Source: Candidatus Latescibacterota bacterium
GTDB lineage: Bacteria > Latescibacterota > CBDEFO01
Direction: 5' to 3'
Assembly: GCA_965248755.1 (NCBI GenBank)
Contig: OZ252149.1
Location: 2,208,001-2,272,000 of the forward strand
DNA: 64,000 nt
The notes beneath the pieces are model-generated. The model was not told the origin of the DNA, searched no databases, and saw only the letters and a program-made list of their open reading frames with translations. The stretch's first letter is position 1. Each line of letters opens with the position of its first letter. The position numbers were made by a program, and so were the translations under genes. Below, one piece after another: positions 40,976-50,686 of the stretch.

Positions 40976-41566
40976 TCAAAACGGCACAGCGTATGTAACT
41001 TTAAAAGACATATTCCCAGGCATAAGACTAACGTCGGGAAAGATTCGCCTTTCTTCCTTTTTGGGGTAGAGTCCAAAGCCCGTGGCGCCCACAGCAAAGC
41101 TCGTGGCGATCCAGCCGATGAGCCTGCGCGTTGAAGCCTCATCCTCCAATTTCTCAGCTTGTGCTATAAGTTCTAGCTTCCCCGAGCTCCTGTTATTCTC
41201 TGCGTCTTCGTCCTTGTCGGAGGCGCTGTTGAACGCCCAGAGAGCTACGGCTCCCAATCCGACTGTGGCTCCTAAAAAGCCTATGTTAGGAAACGTGGTG
41301 ACCTCAACTGTCTTGGCCCCCGCGCCCAGGGAATCGAGGGTGACAATTTTGTCTACCTCTTCGGGTTCAAAGGTGAATATCTCTTTTTGGGCCTTCAAAA
41401 TAATCAAATCTTCGGAATGTTCGATCAATTTTCCGGTGACGATGTCTCCGTCTTTAAGATAGAGTCGAACATCGTACTCGAATTTGCCCTGGGCAAAGAC
41501 AGGACATGAGAACATAATGGTCTCAAATACCATAGCGACTGTCAGAAGAATCGAAAGATATTTCAT
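40976..41566 (-). CDS. Hypothetical exported/membrane protein
   Basis: Signal peptide MKYLSILL..VFA, LYLKDGDIVTG beta-domain, two hydrophobic segments. Confidence 0.7.
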   Translation of the reverse strand: MKYLSILLTVAMVFETIMFSCPVFAQGKFEYDVRLYLKDGDIVTGKLIEHSEDLIILKAQKEIFTFEPEEVDKIVTLDSLGAGAKTVEVTTFPNIGFLGATVGLGAVALWAFNSASDKDEDAENNRSSGKLELIAQAEKLEDEASTRRLIGWIATSFAVGATGFGLYPKKEERRIFPDVSLMPGNMSFKVTYAVPF

Positions 41567-41683
41567 CGCTCTATAACTCCTCTCTTTTTTAGCATTATAG
41601 ATAGAACTCCTTGATGACATGAAGGTCAATTACAGAACTTTTTCCGTCAACAGATAGGATAACAAGCGGGATAACAGCGACAG

Positions 41684-42202
41684 ATGAACCTGAGACACAC
41701 CCTTATCGTATCCATTCTATTTCTCGTTGTAGCCTGCGGGGGAGACGAATCTACATCGCCTACAAAGACCGGCAATCTCTCTGCCACAGTTGACAGACGA
41801 TTCCTGTTCCAGGATTCAGGGACGGCTACAGCTACGCTCACAGCGGATCAGAGTGGCCAGATAAGGTTCATACATATCCAGGCTGTGGACAACCAAGGCG
41901 ATCTTATCGGCGACATAATTGACCTCTTTATAGAGACCCACTTTGATACTCAATTCCCCACCGCTTTTGAGGCCCAATACAAGAACTACAGGCTCCTCAA
42001 AACCGGTGTATTCGGAGCGCAGGGCATCTTTTCATCGCAAAGCATCGAGTTTAGGACGGACACCGGAACTTCAGGACAGATCATCGTTGAGCAACTTACT
42101 CAGGATAATATCCAAGGCAACTTTGAATTTATAGGAATCAGCGATACGGGCATCCTCATAGAAGTTTTCGGTCTTTTTGATGTACCCATTATTACAAATT
42201 AG
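41684..42202 (+). CDS. Hypothetical lipoprotein
   Basis: Lipobox LVVAC-GGD. C-terminal I.GNFEF..G.F beta pattern. Confidence 0.75.
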   Translation: MNLRHTLIVSILFLVVACGGDESTSPTKTGNLSATVDRRFLFQDSGTATATLTADQSGQIRFIHIQAVDNQGDLIGDIIDLFIETHFDTQFPTAFEAQYKNYRLLKTGVFGAQGIFSSQSIEFRTDTGTSGQIIVEQLTQDNIQGNFEFIGISDTGILIEVFGLFDVPIITN

Positions 42203-42237
42203 CGTCAGAAAAAGAAGTTGAGGCGACACAGTCAAGA

Positions 42238-43992
42238 CTACTCAAGTATCCTGACGATATCGTTGAAGGTAACATAGATCATCAAGAATAGCAGCAGAGC
42301 CACTCCTACTTGCTGAGTAACCTCTTTCTGTCTTGTGGAAAGCTGTCGCCGGAAAATCCCTTCAAACGTCAGAAACATCAAATGTCCGCCGTCCAGAGCC
42401 GGTATGGGAAGTATATTCAAAATTCCTAAGTTAATACTTATAACGGCCATGAAGGTGAAAAGGTCCACAAGTCCCGACCGGGCGCTGTCTCCCGCCATCC
42501 GGGCTATAGTAATCGGTCCTCCTAACTCCTTCAGCGAGGCCCCGCCTACTATTAGCTTCTTGATATTAGCCCCAATAAACTTTGTTATAAGTAGAGTACG
42601 TCCTATACTCCCATGGGCTGCCTCCAGAAGTCCTATGGGAACATAAACAAAGTCTGGAGCAGGTCCTATCCCTATTATCCCATATTCCTGATATAGAGTC
42701 AGCTCCGCGACCTGCCCTTGGACACTCCTTTCGATCTCCACTATCCCCTCTAACTCTCCATTTTCCCTCACGATCGTGTATCTATCCGTCCGATTCTCCT
42801 CAATTTTCTCCATAGCCTCAGCGTAGACCTTCGACGCTGTGACGTTGAGGATTGCTAATGCCGCTTCTTTCTCATTTTGGGGACTTTCTGTAAACTCTGT
42901 CCGAATTGTCAGTTCTCCACCCTGGGATATGGAGCGCAACGATCTTTCCACCAGACTGGACATTAAGCCCTTTAAGCGATCTTCATCGCCACCTATCATC
43001 GGCATGTGAGCAAGAGATCTTGTAATTATCACCTCCTTATCTTTGATCTTCTCATCGAAAGAGGACAAAGTGCCTTCCACCAGTTTATTTATGTTTATGT
43101 ACCTTTCATCCGGTTCATAGACGACCTTTGTATTGCTCACAGCCGTTCCGGACATCTCCTTCCCGTTCCTTATCCACTCCAGGGTAATCTTTTCCATCGG
43201 CCTTTTTCTGATGCTCCTGCTCACGTCCGACCACTCTTTTATAGCTTCCCCCTCCACCGAAGTTATCACATCTCCACTTTCAAGCCCCATCTTTTGAGCG
43301 GGCCAGTCCTTTGAGACCGAACCAATCTTCGACGACACAAAAGGTTCTATCCCTAAGTCTGCTTCAAGATTAACACTTATGAATAATATCTCATCTCCTC
43401 TTTCTACCTCCACAGATGCCGTTCCTTTTGCGCTCTCTTTTTGGAATGCCTCTGCTATGTCATCCCAGTTTTCTACGCTCTTGCCGCCCACAGATAGTAT
43501 TTGATCTCCTGACTTAAAACCATCGGACTGAGCGGTGGAGTCCCAATCTATCCGGCTTATCACCGTCGTGTTATAGATCGTCTTACCCATAAAGCAGAGT
43601 ATCGTGAAAAATATCAGTATAGCTAAAAGGAAGTTCATAAGCGGTCCTGCAGCGATAACAGACATCCTCATCCAAATCGGCTTGGACATGAATTCCCACG
43701 GATCGCCGTGTACCTCCTCGTACCCTATGTCCGACATTCCTGCCAACTTGACGTATCCACCGAACGGAATCCACGAAATGCAGTACTCAGTTTCGCCTAC
43801 CTTAAAACCGAACATCTTGGGTGGAAATCCCAGGGAAAACCTCTCCACCTTGATCCCCGCTTTCTTAGCCACCAGAAAGTGTCCCAACTCGTGGAAGAAG
43901 ACCAGAACTCCCAATACGAATAGGAAGGGTATAAGGATATAAATAATGAAGGATATAACTGTAGTCATGTAGGATATAAGCATAGCCATCAT
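42238..43992 (-). CDS. rseP: RseP site-2 metalloprotease with 2 PDZ domains and an inserted degenerate HATPase-like domain
   Basis: HELGH, FSLGF, IPFGGYV, AGPLMN, NILPIPALDGGH. Downstream of dxr. Confidence 0.93.
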   Translation of the reverse strand: MMAMLISYMTTVISFIIYILIPFLFVLGVLVFFHELGHFLVAKKAGIKVERFSLGFPPKMFGFKVGETEYCISWIPFGGYVKLAGMSDIGYEEVHGDPWEFMSKPIWMRMSVIAAGPLMNFLLAILIFFTILCFMGKTIYNTTVISRIDWDSTAQSDGFKSGDQILSVGGKSVENWDDIAEAFQKESAKGTASVEVERGDEILFISVNLEADLGIEPFVSSKIGSVSKDWPAQKMGLESGDVITSVEGEAIKEWSDVSRSIRKRPMEKITLEWIRNGKEMSGTAVSNTKVVYEPDERYININKLVEGTLSSFDEKIKDKEVIITRSLAHMPMIGGDEDRLKGLMSSLVERSLRSISQGGELTIRTEFTESPQNEKEAALAILNVTASKVYAEAMEKIEENRTDRYTIVRENGELEGIVEIERSVQGQVAELTLYQEYGIIGIGPAPDFVYVPIGLLEAAHGSIGRTLLITKFIGANIKKLIVGGASLKELGGPITIARMAGDSARSGLVDLFTFMAVISINLGILNILPIPALDGGHLMFLTFEGIFRRQLSTRQKEVTQQVGVALLLFLMIYVTFNDIVRILE

Positions 43993-44092
43993 TTCAAATT
44001 ATGAATGGGAAAATCATGCATAGCCAGAACGTGCATCTGGATACAAATCTGCTCAGATGATAGACACTCTAAAAGCGATTTGGGTTCCCGAT

Positions 44093-45301
44093 TTATGATA
44101 GATTTTCTATTATTTGTTGAGTCAGGTTCCTTGCCCACTTGTCGCTCTCAAGCACGTCCTCCAACAGCTCAGACTCTTTCGCGTCCTCCCCAAAAAGGTG
44201 GCGCGGCCGATTTTCTGTGGTTGGAGCAGGCCACGAAGAGTGTGATTCTAGAATCATTCTGTTTACCTTTGGGATGTCCGTAAACCCTATTCTGTTGCTT
44301 AAGAAAGCGTCCACTGCGACCTCGTTGGCTGCGTTTAAGGCGGCGGGGGCTGTTCCTCCTATCTTTGCCGCTTCATAGCAGAGCTCCAAACACGGGAATT
44401 TCCGAAGATCCGGTTTTTCAAACGTCAACTTTCCAAGACTGGCAAGATCCAAAGAGGGGACTTTAGCGGGGAGTCTGTCTGGATACGTCAAGGCGTACTG
44501 TATCGGGAGGCGCATATCCGCCTGGCTTAATTGAGCCATAAGGGAGCCGTCCACAAACTCCACTAATGAGTGCACAACCGATTGACGGTGGACCAACACC
44601 TCAACAGATGACGGTGACATTCCGAACAAACAGCACGCTTCTATGACCTCAAGGCCCTTGTTCATCAAAGTAGCTGAATCTATGGTTATCTTACTGCCCA
44701 TCTTCCAGGTAGGATGACAGAGAGCCCGCTGTGGAGTAATTTTTTCAAATTCTTCCTGGGGAAGGTCTACGAATGGCCCTCCCGAAGCGGTCAGAATTAT
44801 CTTGTGAACCTGCGTAGCGGGATGATTCTCCAGACACTGCCATATCCCGGCGGGTTCGCTGTCCACCGGAAGTATGTTGACCCCGTGCTCTTTAGCCTCT
44901 TCCATAAGTATGTCCCCCATCATTACGAGGGATTCCTTATTAGCCATCGCTACGTCTTTTCCGCTCTCTATGGCGCGTATAGTAGGGATCAGCCCAATGC
45001 TCCCCGCCAGGCCGTTGATCACAAGGTCGGCTTTATGCTCTGCGAGCTCTATCAACCCTGCCATCCCGAAGACCACTCCTATATTCAGAGGGGACAGATC
45101 ACGGCTGAGATCATCAGCCAGTTCTTCGGTCTCCACCCCGACTATTGCAGGGCGATATTTGCGAGCCTGGTCACAAAGGAGCTTTATGTTCTTTCCTGCG
45201 CCGAGACCTACCACTTGAAATTTGTCCGACAGGCTATCTATTATAGAGAGACTACTCGTTCCGATAGAACCGGTCGATCCTAATAGAACAACTCTTTTCA
45301 T
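44093..45301 (-). CDS. dxr: 1-deoxy-D-xylulose 5-phosphate reductoisomerase
   Basis: LGSTGSIG, ANKESLV, PVDSE, LTASGGPF, HPTWKMG.KITIDSAT.MNKGLE, NAANE. Confidence 0.97.
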   Translation of the reverse strand: MKRVVLLGSTGSIGTSSLSIIDSLSDKFQVVGLGAGKNIKLLCDQARKYRPAIVGVETEELADDLSRDLSPLNIGVVFGMAGLIELAEHKADLVINGLAGSIGLIPTIRAIESGKDVAMANKESLVMMGDILMEEAKEHGVNILPVDSEPAGIWQCLENHPATQVHKIILTASGGPFVDLPQEEFEKITPQRALCHPTWKMGSKITIDSATLMNKGLEVIEACCLFGMSPSSVEVLVHRQSVVHSLVEFVDGSLMAQLSQADMRLPIQYALTYPDRLPAKVPSLDLASLGKLTFEKPDLRKFPCLELCYEAAKIGGTAPAALNAANEVAVDAFLSNRIGFTDIPKVNRMILESHSSWPAPTTENRPRHLFGEDAKESELLEDVLESDKWARNLTQQIIENLS

Positions 45302-46119
45302 CTAACATACCTGATGTATAAATAGACCGAAGGAAAGACAAAGAAGTAGCTGTCGAATCTGTCTAATATTCCACCGTGTCCTGGTATGAGCGTTGAGGAG
45401 TCCTTAACTTGCGCGTCTCTTTTCATCAAAGACTCGACAAGATCGCCTACCTGTCCGACGATTCCAATTATAATTCCAATTGTCAGACCCTGGGCAAGGG
45501 ACAGAAATCCTAGTTTCTGACTCCCTATCCAGCCTATTAAGAGAGATCCCAGTAGTCCGGCTACGGAGCCTTCCACCGTCTTTTGGGGACTCACTTCTGG
45601 AAAGAGCTTGTGCCTTCCCAGAGCGACACCTGCAAGATAAGCAAGCGTATCCGAAGTCCATATTCCCACAAAGACTAACAGGACTAAATATCCCGCCGCC
45701 GAATAGTCCAACGCCCCGTTATCTACCTCCCGAAGGAGGATCGAAAAACTCCCCAGATATCCCACGTAGAATATGCCCATCATTGTCGCGCCGGCATTTG
45801 TTAAAATTTGGGCATTATCTTTTCTCCACAACTCTGCTCCCAAGGGGAGCAGGACGGAAGCTGTCAAGACCAAGACGAGATAACATTCCATAAAGCACGC
45901 CCAACTTATTGACAATGCCAAGACTGTGCCCAAAGTTCGATTCGGAAGGTGTCCTTTCTTCATCTGGAGTCTGAAAAACTCCCATATTCCCAGAGCGATT
46001 ATAACGTCTATAAAGATCAGAAATAAGATACCGCCCCAAATAGAGGATACTATTAAGGCTACTACCAGAACCGCTCCATAGAGGGCCCTTGTGATCAGTT
46101 CCTTGATCGATTCCAGCAT
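45298..46119 (-). CDS. cdsA: Phosphatidate cytidylyltransferase
   Basis: SDTLAY, SPQKTVEG, GDLVESLMKR..VKDS..LIPGHGGILDRFDS. ATG 46119 preferred. Confidence 0.95.
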   Translation of the reverse strand: MLESIKELITRALYGAVLVVALIVSSIWGGILFLIFIDVIIALGIWEFFRLQMKKGHLPNRTLGTVLALSISWACFMECYLVLVLTASVLLPLGAELWRKDNAQILTNAGATMMGIFYVGYLGSFSILLREVDNGALDYSAAGYLVLLVFVGIWTSDTLAYLAGVALGRHKLFPEVSPQKTVEGSVAGLLGSLLIGWIGSQKLGFLSLAQGLTIGIIIGIVGQVGDLVESLMKRDAQVKDSSTLIPGHGGILDRFDSYFFVFPSVYLYIRYVR

Positions 46120-46171
46120 CACGCCTTTCTGCTTTTTACCCAAAAAGTTCTTCGCCCGATTCCTGGCTTGT

Positions 46172-46192
46172 CCCCGATTGACTCTATCGGGG
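46172..46192. repeat. 21-bp palindromic element between uppS and cdsA
   Basis: CCCCGATTGACTCTATCGGGG. Confidence 0.85.
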
Positions 46193-46244
46193 GGGGCTTG
46201 CTGCCGCTCCAGCAAAGCAGCCCCAATCAAGGTGAGGAACAATA

Positions 46245-46994
46245 CTACGTCGACTCCAGTCCACCGAACCGTCTTTCTCTGGATTGATAATTCCTCATTG
46301 CTTCATAGAGGTGTTCCTTCGTGAAATCTGGCCAATATACCGGGGTGACCCATATTTCAGTGTAAGCCATCTGCCATAGGAGGAAGTTGCTCAGCCTCAT
46401 CTCTCCGCTTGTCCTTATGAGCAGATCTGGCTCAGGGAGTTCGGCAGTATAGAGAAATTGTGAAAAGAGCTGTTCATCTATCTGTGAACTTTTAAGCTTC
46501 CCTTTTTCCACTCTACTGGCGATCTCTCTTACCGCTTCAACAATCTCGCTCCGGCCTCCATAGTCCACTGCTAAGTTCAACATTAGTCCCGAGTTTTTGG
46601 AGGTGTTTTTTATAACCCTTAAAAGGGCAAGGCGGCTGGCTCTGGGGAGATGATTCATTCTGCCTATACTTACCAGTTTCACGTTATTTTTGTGAAGTTC
46701 CAGGAACTCTCCCGACACGGTATCCTTTATGAGCCTCATAAGGAACAATACTTCTTCTTTAGGACGAATCCAGTTCTCAGACGAGAAGGCGTACAGAGTT
46801 AGGACCTCTATGTGCAGCTCTCCACAGGTACGCACTATGTCCCGTACGGATTTCACTCCTGCTCTATGGCCATCATTACGCGACAGGCCTCTTTTCTTTG
46901 CCCACCTCCCGTTCCCGTCCATTATAACGGCAATGTGCCTGGGCAGATTGCCTCCCTCTACAAGCTCCTTTTGGATTTGGGCGTCAGAGTCCAA
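46245..46994 (-). CDS. uppS: Undecaprenyl diphosphate synthase
   Basis: HIAVIMDGNGRWA, YAFSSENW.RP, YGGRSE, DLLIRTSGEMRLSNFLLWQ, RERRFG. TTG 46994 has a GGAG RBS. Confidence 0.96.
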   Translation of the reverse strand: MDSDAQIQKELVEGGNLPRHIAVIMDGNGRWAKKRGLSRNDGHRAGVKSVRDIVRTCGELHIEVLTLYAFSSENWIRPKEEVLFLMRLIKDTVSGEFLELHKNNVKLVSIGRMNHLPRASRLALLRVIKNTSKNSGLMLNLAVDYGGRSEIVEAVREIASRVEKGKLKSSQIDEQLFSQFLYTAELPEPDLLIRTSGEMRLSNFLLWQMAYTEIWVTPVYWPDFTKEHLYEAMRNYQSRERRFGGLEST

Positions 46995-47174
46995 ATTATC
47001 TCCATTTTTTCTCAAAAAAGTTCTTTGCTCCCCGAAAAGTTCTTCGATAGTTTCCGGGGGATCATGCGACGGCAAACGTCGCCTGTGCACCACGGAGTCG
47101 GTATCCGACTTTTTGGAGGTCCCGATTAGCTCCAATTCCACTGGAATATCGGGATTTGCTGCACCGATGGGGAA

Positions 47175-47741
47175 CTACTTTTCATATATCCTGTCCTGTG
47201 TGATAACCCTATCCACCGTTTCGTCGTGAGGATCGGCCTCTATTTTGTCTACTATCTGAAATTCGTAAGCCAACCCAACCTTCACGGCGTCGATTTCTGA
47301 AAGGAAGCGATCGTAAAATCCACCTCCAAAACCTATCCTGTTCCCGAAACGGTCGAAAGCCACGCCAGGAAGTATCACAAGGTCCACCTTGTCTAAATCC
47401 AACTCCTTCATATCTACCCTTTCCGGCTGGGGTATCCCCATTGTTCCTGGGCGCAGAGTATCTATATCTGTTATCCGGGAATGTCGCAAGACTTTTGTAT
47501 TCACATCTGTCACTGGCACTATCACACTTATTTTTGATCTGATCATATCGCGGATTATTACACGCGTATCGACCTCGTTCCTGATCGAGACGTAGCAGTG
47601 AACCGTCGCGGCCGTTTTGTACTCCTGGGTCTCGTATAACCTTTCTCTTATAGCCTTGCTCTTGTGCTCAACGTCCTCTTCTGCAAGGGAATCTCTCATT
47701 ATTAATATCGTCTTTCTTATCAGGGATTTGTTGTGGGACAT
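47175..47741 (-). CDS. fau: 5-formyltetrahydrofolate cyclo-ligase
   Basis: K..IRK, EVDT, DLVILPGVAFD..GNRIGFGGGFYDRFL, PHD..VD.VIT. Confidence 0.94.
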   Translation of the reverse strand: MSHNKSLIRKTILIMRDSLAEEDVEHKSKAIRERLYETQEYKTAATVHCYVSIRNEVDTRVIIRDMIRSKISVIVPVTDVNTKVLRHSRITDIDTLRPGTMGIPQPERVDMKELDLDKVDLVILPGVAFDRFGNRIGFGGGFYDRFLSEIDAVKVGLAYEFQIVDKIEADPHDETVDRVITQDRIYEK

Positions 47742-47753
47742 CCTGTTTTACCT

Positions 47754-49025
47754 TCAGTTACTGCTCAGCCAACTCATGGGATTTTGAGGTTCTTTGCCTT
47801 CGAGCAGTTCAAAGTGGAGCTTTGGACCGTCTAAAGACCCCGTCCGTCCTGAATAAGCCAGTATGTCTCCTGTATCTACCATATCCCCTTTGTTCACAAA
47901 CACTTCCGAAAGGTGGGCATAGACTGTAAGATATCTGTCCCCGTGATGGATTATGACAAACTTTCCGTAGCCTCTCATCCAATCTGTCATGACGACCTCG
48001 CCCGGCGCAACTGCTATCACTTCCGTCCCCTCTGCCACCTTAATGTCTATGCCCCTGTTGAAAGTAACGGTCTTTAGATTCTCATCCCTGTGCTTTCCGA
48101 AGCTACTCACAATCTTGCCTGCAACAGGCCAGAGCAGATTGCCTTGCATCTTGGCAAAATCCTCAAATCCGTCCCGTCCTTTTCTACTTTGTGCCTCTCT
48201 TTGAATCTCATCTAACAACTGGTTTATCTTCTGTTGCTGGAGGGCTATGGAGCGATTATGTTCATCTATTAACTGTTGTTTGAGCTCCATATCCTTCTGA
48301 ACGGAGACAAGGAGCCTTGTATGTTCTTCTCTGCTCACCTTGAGTCTTTTGTTCTCCCTTATCTTCTCCCGTTCAATCTCCACCTTTTCTTTATGGTCAG
48401 TCTCCAGTCTGCTCTTGGCCTCCTCTATCCTGGATTTGTGGAGTTTTATCTTTTCGTAATTATGTCTGTCCTGGGACGTTACTAAAGAGAGATACTTAGA
48501 CCTCCTCAAAAGATCGGTAAAAGAACTTGAGGATAGAATAATTTCAAGTCCGCCCAGTTTCCCCTTTTTGTAAATCTCCCGTAGTCTGTCCGACATCGCC
48601 TTTTCATATTGGGAGCGTCTCTCTTCTGTCTTTTTCAACGACGACTTTGTACTTTTTATCTGTGATTTAAGTTCCCACTCCTGCCTCTTTAAGAGGGCTA
48701 TGTATTTCTCAACAGAGTCTATCTCTCTTTCCATAGCGTCTATGTTATCCCCGATCTGACCTTCCACTCCTTTGAGGCTTGCCACCTGTCTTCTGTTCTC
48801 CTCCACTTCCCTCCGGAGATCTTCCTGCTCAGTCTTTCTCTCTTCCACCTTTCTTTTGAGTTCATCTGTGCGCAGTACAGAGCTGACATAAGAAGCAGAG
48901 AGAAGGATCAGACAAAGGCTCAAAAGGAAGGATAAGCTCCTTTGTTTTCCTCTATGACTTCTGGAATCATAAGGGCAAGTGCACAGCTTTTCCTCAACTG
49001 GTTGCTGGTTTCTAACTTTTTCCAT
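47754..49025 (-). CDS. envC: Murein hydrolase activator EnvC-like (coiled coil + M23)
   Basis: Long coiled coil. WPVAG..FG, GIDI, GYGKFVIIHH, YAHL, LHFE. Downstream of ftsEX. Confidence 0.88.
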   Translation of the reverse strand: MEKVRNQQPVEEKLCTCPYDSRSHRGKQRSLSFLLSLCLILLSASYVSSVLRTDELKRKVEERKTEQEDLRREVEENRRQVASLKGVEGQIGDNIDAMEREIDSVEKYIALLKRQEWELKSQIKSTKSSLKKTEERRSQYEKAMSDRLREIYKKGKLGGLEIILSSSSFTDLLRRSKYLSLVTSQDRHNYEKIKLHKSRIEEAKSRLETDHKEKVEIEREKIRENKRLKVSREEHTRLLVSVQKDMELKQQLIDEHNRSIALQQQKINQLLDEIQREAQSRKGRDGFEDFAKMQGNLLWPVAGKIVSSFGKHRDENLKTVTFNRGIDIKVAEGTEVIAVAPGEVVMTDWMRGYGKFVIIHHGDRYLTVYAHLSEVFVNKGDMVDTGDILAYSGRTGSLDGPKLHFELLEGKEPQNPMSWLSSN

Positions 49026-49041
49026 TTGAACTGTCTCTCCT

Positions 49042-49911
49042 CTACGAGAGGACGTTTAGAGCCTTCCTTAGGGAGGTCTGACTTCCGATTCCCCCTAAAA
49101 TCGCTCCGAGGGCGACCATAGAAAAAGAGACGAAAAGGGCCGGATACAATTTTAACGGGAGTTCAGGCAAATTGGAATAAGTCCACCTGTATATTAAAAA
49201 GAGCAAAGTGCCTGCTGCTATTCCTCCTGTTAATCCCTGGATTATCCCTCCCACCAGGAAGTGTCCTCTTATAAACCGATCCGTAGCCCCCACAAGCTTC
49301 ATAATCACTATGGACTCGCGCCGGGACAACACAGTCAATTTTACTGTATTGGATGTCACGAAGACGCACGCAGCTAAGATGATCAATCCTATAGTCGAAC
49401 CTGCTATAAAAAGGATAGTCACGATGCGATCTAACTTTCCGATCCAGTCCACTCCGTAGTGTACATCCTCTACTCCCTCTATCTTCTCTAGTTGAGAGGC
49501 TACCCTGGTGGCATAATCCAATGTCCTGAATTGATCTACGAGCGTTATCCTTATGGAGGCGGGTAGAGGATTGACTCCGACCGCATCGAGCAGGTCATCT
49601 CCGAACTCGGCTCGGAACTCCTCGGAAGCCCTTTGCTTATCTATATATCTGGCTTGCTCCACGCCGTTTATCTTCTCCACGTCGGCCTTTATCTGTATAG
49701 CTCCTTTGATGTCCACTTCATCGCTCAGGTAAGCCTCTATCTCCACGCGCTTTTTTATATCTTCTACCAAATTGTACGCGCTGATAGAGACGAGTCCAAA
49801 GATCCCCAAGACCAAAAGAGAAATAGCCATTATCCCAGAAGAGACCAGGCTCATCATCCAGGACCGCCGAAGATCTGAAAGTGCCTCCTTAAATACGTAA
49901 CCCAGACTCAT
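49042..49911 (-). CDS. ftsX: Cell division permease FtsX
   Basis: NPLPAS, NTVKLTV..RRESI.IMKLVGATD.FIR. Four TMs. Start uncertain. Confidence 0.93.
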   Translation of the reverse strand: MSLGYVFKEALSDLRRSWMMSLVSSGIMAISLLVLGIFGLVSISAYNLVEDIKKRVEIEAYLSDEVDIKGAIQIKADVEKINGVEQARYIDKQRASEEFRAEFGDDLLDAVGVNPLPASIRITLVDQFRTLDYATRVASQLEKIEGVEDVHYGVDWIGKLDRIVTILFIAGSTIGLIILAACVFVTSNTVKLTVLSRRESIVIMKLVGATDRFIRGHFLVGGIIQGLTGGIAAGTLLFLIYRWTYSNLPELPLKLYPALFVSFSMVALGAILGGIGSQTSLRKALNVLS

Positions 49912-49968
49912 TCTTGGAGTGGGGGAGAAGATAAGTTTCTCGTCGAAGAATCTTTGCAACGAACAGGC

Positions 49969-50616
49969 TTAGCAGAGCCTGCCCCCCTTGATCCTTACGA
50001 CTTTGCCGTTGGATTGGTCCAGAAGTCCTTCATCGTGGGTGGCGACAAGAACAGCCGTCCCCTTATGATTGATCTTGCGCAGTATATCCATTATATCGCG
50101 CTTTGCATCGGCATCCAGATTTCCTGTAGGTTCGTCTGCCAAAAGCGCGAACGGTTCCAGAGCCAGAGCCCTTGCTATTGCGACTTTTTGCTGTTCTCCT
50201 CCGGACAGGTGGCCAGGCAGAGAATTCCTTTTGTGTCCCAGGTCCACCAAGGACAGCGACTGAATTGCCCTCCTTTTAGCCTCCTTTGCCTTTGTTCCTG
50301 TCACTCTCAGGGCAAAAACCACGTTCTCAAATACATTCCTGTCCTTTAAGAGCTTGAAATCCTGAAAGATCACTCCCACTTTCCGCCTGACTAAAGGTAT
50401 GTGCCTCTTTTTTAGAGTCGCTGAATCGTAGTCTCCGACTATGACTCTGCCCGATGTGGGACGCTCGTCGAAGTGAACCAATCTTATTATCGTGCTCTTG
50501 CCCGCTCCGACGGGACCGAATAAAAAGACCATCTGGCCTTTTTCCACGCTGAGGCTTATATCCTCTAATATAGCCGATTCCCCTATGTACTTTGAGACGC
50601 CTTCTAATTTGATCAT
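49969..50616 (-). CDS. ftsE: Cell division ATP-binding protein FtsE
   Basis: [44 protein letters not shown]. Confidence 0.93.
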   Translation of the reverse strand: MIKLEGVSKYIGESAILEDISLSVEKGQMVFLFGPVGAGKSTIIRLVHFDERPTSGRVIVGDYDSATLKKRHIPLVRRKVGVIFQDFKLLKDRNVFENVVFALRVTGTKAKEAKRRAIQSLSLVDLGHKRNSLPGHLSGGEQQKVAIARALALEPFALLADEPTGNLDADAKRDIMDILRKINHKGTAVLVATHDEGLLDQSNGKVVRIKGGRLC

Positions 50617-50686
50617 CTTTTCGCCTTCACAAATGTGAGTTGTCCTCTTTTCCTATACCAATATTCTTGCGAAACCCATTCATTTT

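Noticed and set aside
46120..46242. N-terminal extension of CdsA (and similar ORF-finder extensions of lptE, uppS, leuA, ilvC, aspC)
   Set aside because: Extensions run through repeats or upstream genes. Downstream starts have RBSs or match family lengths.
46995..47174. 6S RNA next to fau (ygfA)
   Set aside because: 6S normally lies upstream of ygfA, where only 12 bp separate it from envC. This downstream gap is explained by hairpin repeats.
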